From: Trichinella spiralis
Taxonomy: Eukaryota
Reading direction: 5' to 3'
Assembly: GCF_000181795.1 (NCBI RefSeq)
Contig: NW_003526945.1
Span: 760,529 to 824,528 of the forward strand
DNA length: 64,000 nucleotides
A program made the position numbers and the translations under genes. Each line of letters begins with the position of its first letter. The stretch's first letter is position 1. A model generated the notes under the pieces. That model saw only the letters and a list, made by a program, of their open reading frames with translations, searched no databases and had not been told where the DNA came from. Of this stretch, positions 61,895-64,000 are shown one piece after another.

Positions 61895-64000
61895 ATGGGT
61901 GGACAGATAAGTTCGTACAGCAAAATTGGTGACAATTTACTGGTTCGTCAGTTTGTTGGCGATGGGCCAATTTCTGTCAATGATCCGTTTTGGAATTCTT
62001 TTTTATCATTCAATTTATCTCATCCATCGTTAAAGTATGTTTGGTTTTGGTTGGTTTATTTTGCTTATAAATTGATTTTTAGATCAGAATGGGAGATGTT
62101 TGAAAAGTGCATTGATGATTCTCTCAAGAGTCTTGTTCACAATACGGTTAACACTGGTAATTTTGCCTCGCTCATTCAGGTATTCATTCGTCGCGCTTCT
62201 GAACTGCGCGAATCCAGTCAGTGCAATGAGTAATTTTTAATTTTTTAAGTTTTTTGATTAAAAAGAAATTAAATAGTCCATTTCAGTAAATTGTTTTTTT
62301 GGCAAACCAACAATGCATTGTTTATTATACGTACTTGTTGCAAGTTTTTCTCAAAGAATCTTACCGATGAAGCAGTTTTACGTGTTTTCGTGACAAAAGT
62401 GAAAGGTATAAATATGATGATTGTTGTTTGTACAATTTCTTACACTTTGCTTATTCTACACAGAAAGAGAAGACGTTGAATCGAGTGCTGACGTATTATC
62501 AGAGAATTGTTTGGAAGAATTTGTTAGTAGTATTATAGCTATTCTGATCGACCTTCCGGTTAAGTAAGTGATTTTCATTTCTGTATTAAAATAAATGATG
62601 TATTTGTTGTATTGCAGTTGGATAACGATAAAAGCACTGATGGAAAGTTTGAGTTGTCTGTTAGTGTTGCTTTCCCGCGAGGTGTATGAAGGAAACGTTA
62701 TTTCTAGTGTTGTTGCCAAAATGATGCTATTCGGAAAATGGTGCGCACGCTTATCATTTTTTTTTAATTTCTCGTTCTGATGGGTTTTTTTTCCCCAACT
62801 AATTCCAGTGCTATTCATGCTCCTCTGTTGACGAAAACGTTGCTTTTGCTTTATTCGAAACACGCAGAAGATGCTTGCCCGTTGGAAAAGACGGAGCAAT
62901 TTGGCGGTGGCAGCATATTCGTCGGTTTGGCAAGTGAGTTGGAAAATGGAAATGGAAATTTGCACAAGAGCATGGAATTTTACAATTTTATTTTCGCCTT
63001 TTGTTAGATTCGTTGATGGAACTTTTGCAAATTGACAACAATGACAAAGAGAAACAAGTCAAATCTATCACACTCGGTGATCAAGCTTTGAATGTATTGC
63101 TGTTGCTGGTTAGTCACAGCACTCCGGAAGGCACAATTCACCCGTTTCGTCAGGCGTTGTTTTCTTTTATAAATTCTCAAGGTGAAAAGTTTCCTTTTTC
63201 AATTGTTTTGTTTGTATATTTATGAATTATTACTTTTTCAGAACAATCAATGGTTACACTTCCGACTACATCAGTTGTTTGTTTCAAGATCAATTTTACC
63301 GAACTGTATGATCAGATTTGCTCTAGATCTGGTGACAGGCCGTCGTTGTTGTTATTGTACTTTTTGTTGTACAAGAACGTTGAATTTCGCAATTATGTGC
63401 TTTCGCGTGTTAATTTGCAAAATTTGATTTTGCCCATTTTGAAAGTGCTGCATACGAGCAGTCAGACAGATGTCGATTCAAACCTCGGTTCGCAGCATCT
63501 TTATCTGGCGTTGATTGTCATTGTGATTTTGAGCGAGGATGATTTCTTTTGTAAAATCATTCACGAGACTGTAAATTATTTATTTTTATTTGGAAATATA
63601 TTTTTTATTTATTATGTAATTTTTTTCTTTCCAATTCTAGCCGGCCAAAGGTGCAGAAGGGTGGTTCGCCGAGCGAAGTGTTCGCGATTTAACTCTTGGT
63701 GGATTGGCCGTATTGATACTGGTGAAAATTATTCAAAAGAATTTATTCGTTTATCGAGTATGATTTTCTATTTCAAAATATTAAAATAATTTCATCTGGT
63801 TAACGTTATTGTGAATTTCAATCGTTTTTATTTATTTATTTATTTCAGGATCGTTACTTGCAAACGAATTGCTTGGCCGCCTTGGCTAATATGTCATCAA
63901 ATTTCAAAGAATTGCCTTCTTCAGTTTGTCAAAAATTGATCGAGTACATTTTCTTTTTTTTTACTTCTGTTGTTTTGGCTTTTTTCAAACTAATTTAAAT
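61895..64000 (+). CDS. DYM: Dymeclin, 5' part (runs off the window)
   Basis: MG start (myristoylation-type), PISVNDPFWNSFLSF, NTGNFASLI, WQTNNALFIIR, LLLLYFLLYKNVEFRNYVLSR, HLYLALIVIVILSEDDFFCKIIHE, TLGGL and RDRYLQTNCLAALANMSSNFK, over many short exons. Confidence 0.93.

Noticed and set aside
1..64000. CRISPR arrays, tRNA or rRNA genes
   Set aside because: I saw no regularly spaced repeat-spacer pattern or recognisable tRNA/rRNA motifs; a tRNAscan/Infernal run would be needed to exclude them fully.

Overview
Eukaryotic, AT-rich genomic DNA with many short GT-AG introns and microsatellites. Gene content (EXC-4-like CLIC, HMR-1-like cadherin, EB/Lustrin-domain protein, nematode-type pepsin) indicates a nematode, most plausibly a clade I Trichinella-like species (inference). 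I reconstructed eight spliced genes by hand: exc-4-like CLIC (-), a receptor guanylyl cyclase (+), a secreted Cys-rich/Thr-rich protein (+), a ~21.6 kb type III classical cadherin (-), acyl-CoA thioesterase 8 (+), an aspartic protease (-), TAF8 (+) and the 5' part of dymeclin (+). A decayed Ty3/Gypsy gag relic lies near the start. The most unusual item is the receptor guanylyl cyclase: its ectodomain resembles the bacterial phosphate-binding protein PstS, not the usual ANF-receptor domain, and it is assembled across a 4.7 kb intron, with the phosphate-contact motifs altered. Other notable items are a hidden alternative first exon in the cadherin (HMR-1A/1B-like), a long imperfect hairpin in an ACOT8 intron, an ACOT8 with no peroxisomal targeting signal, and an EXC-4 retaining a CxxC motif. 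All homology calls come from motif recognition by eye, not database searches.
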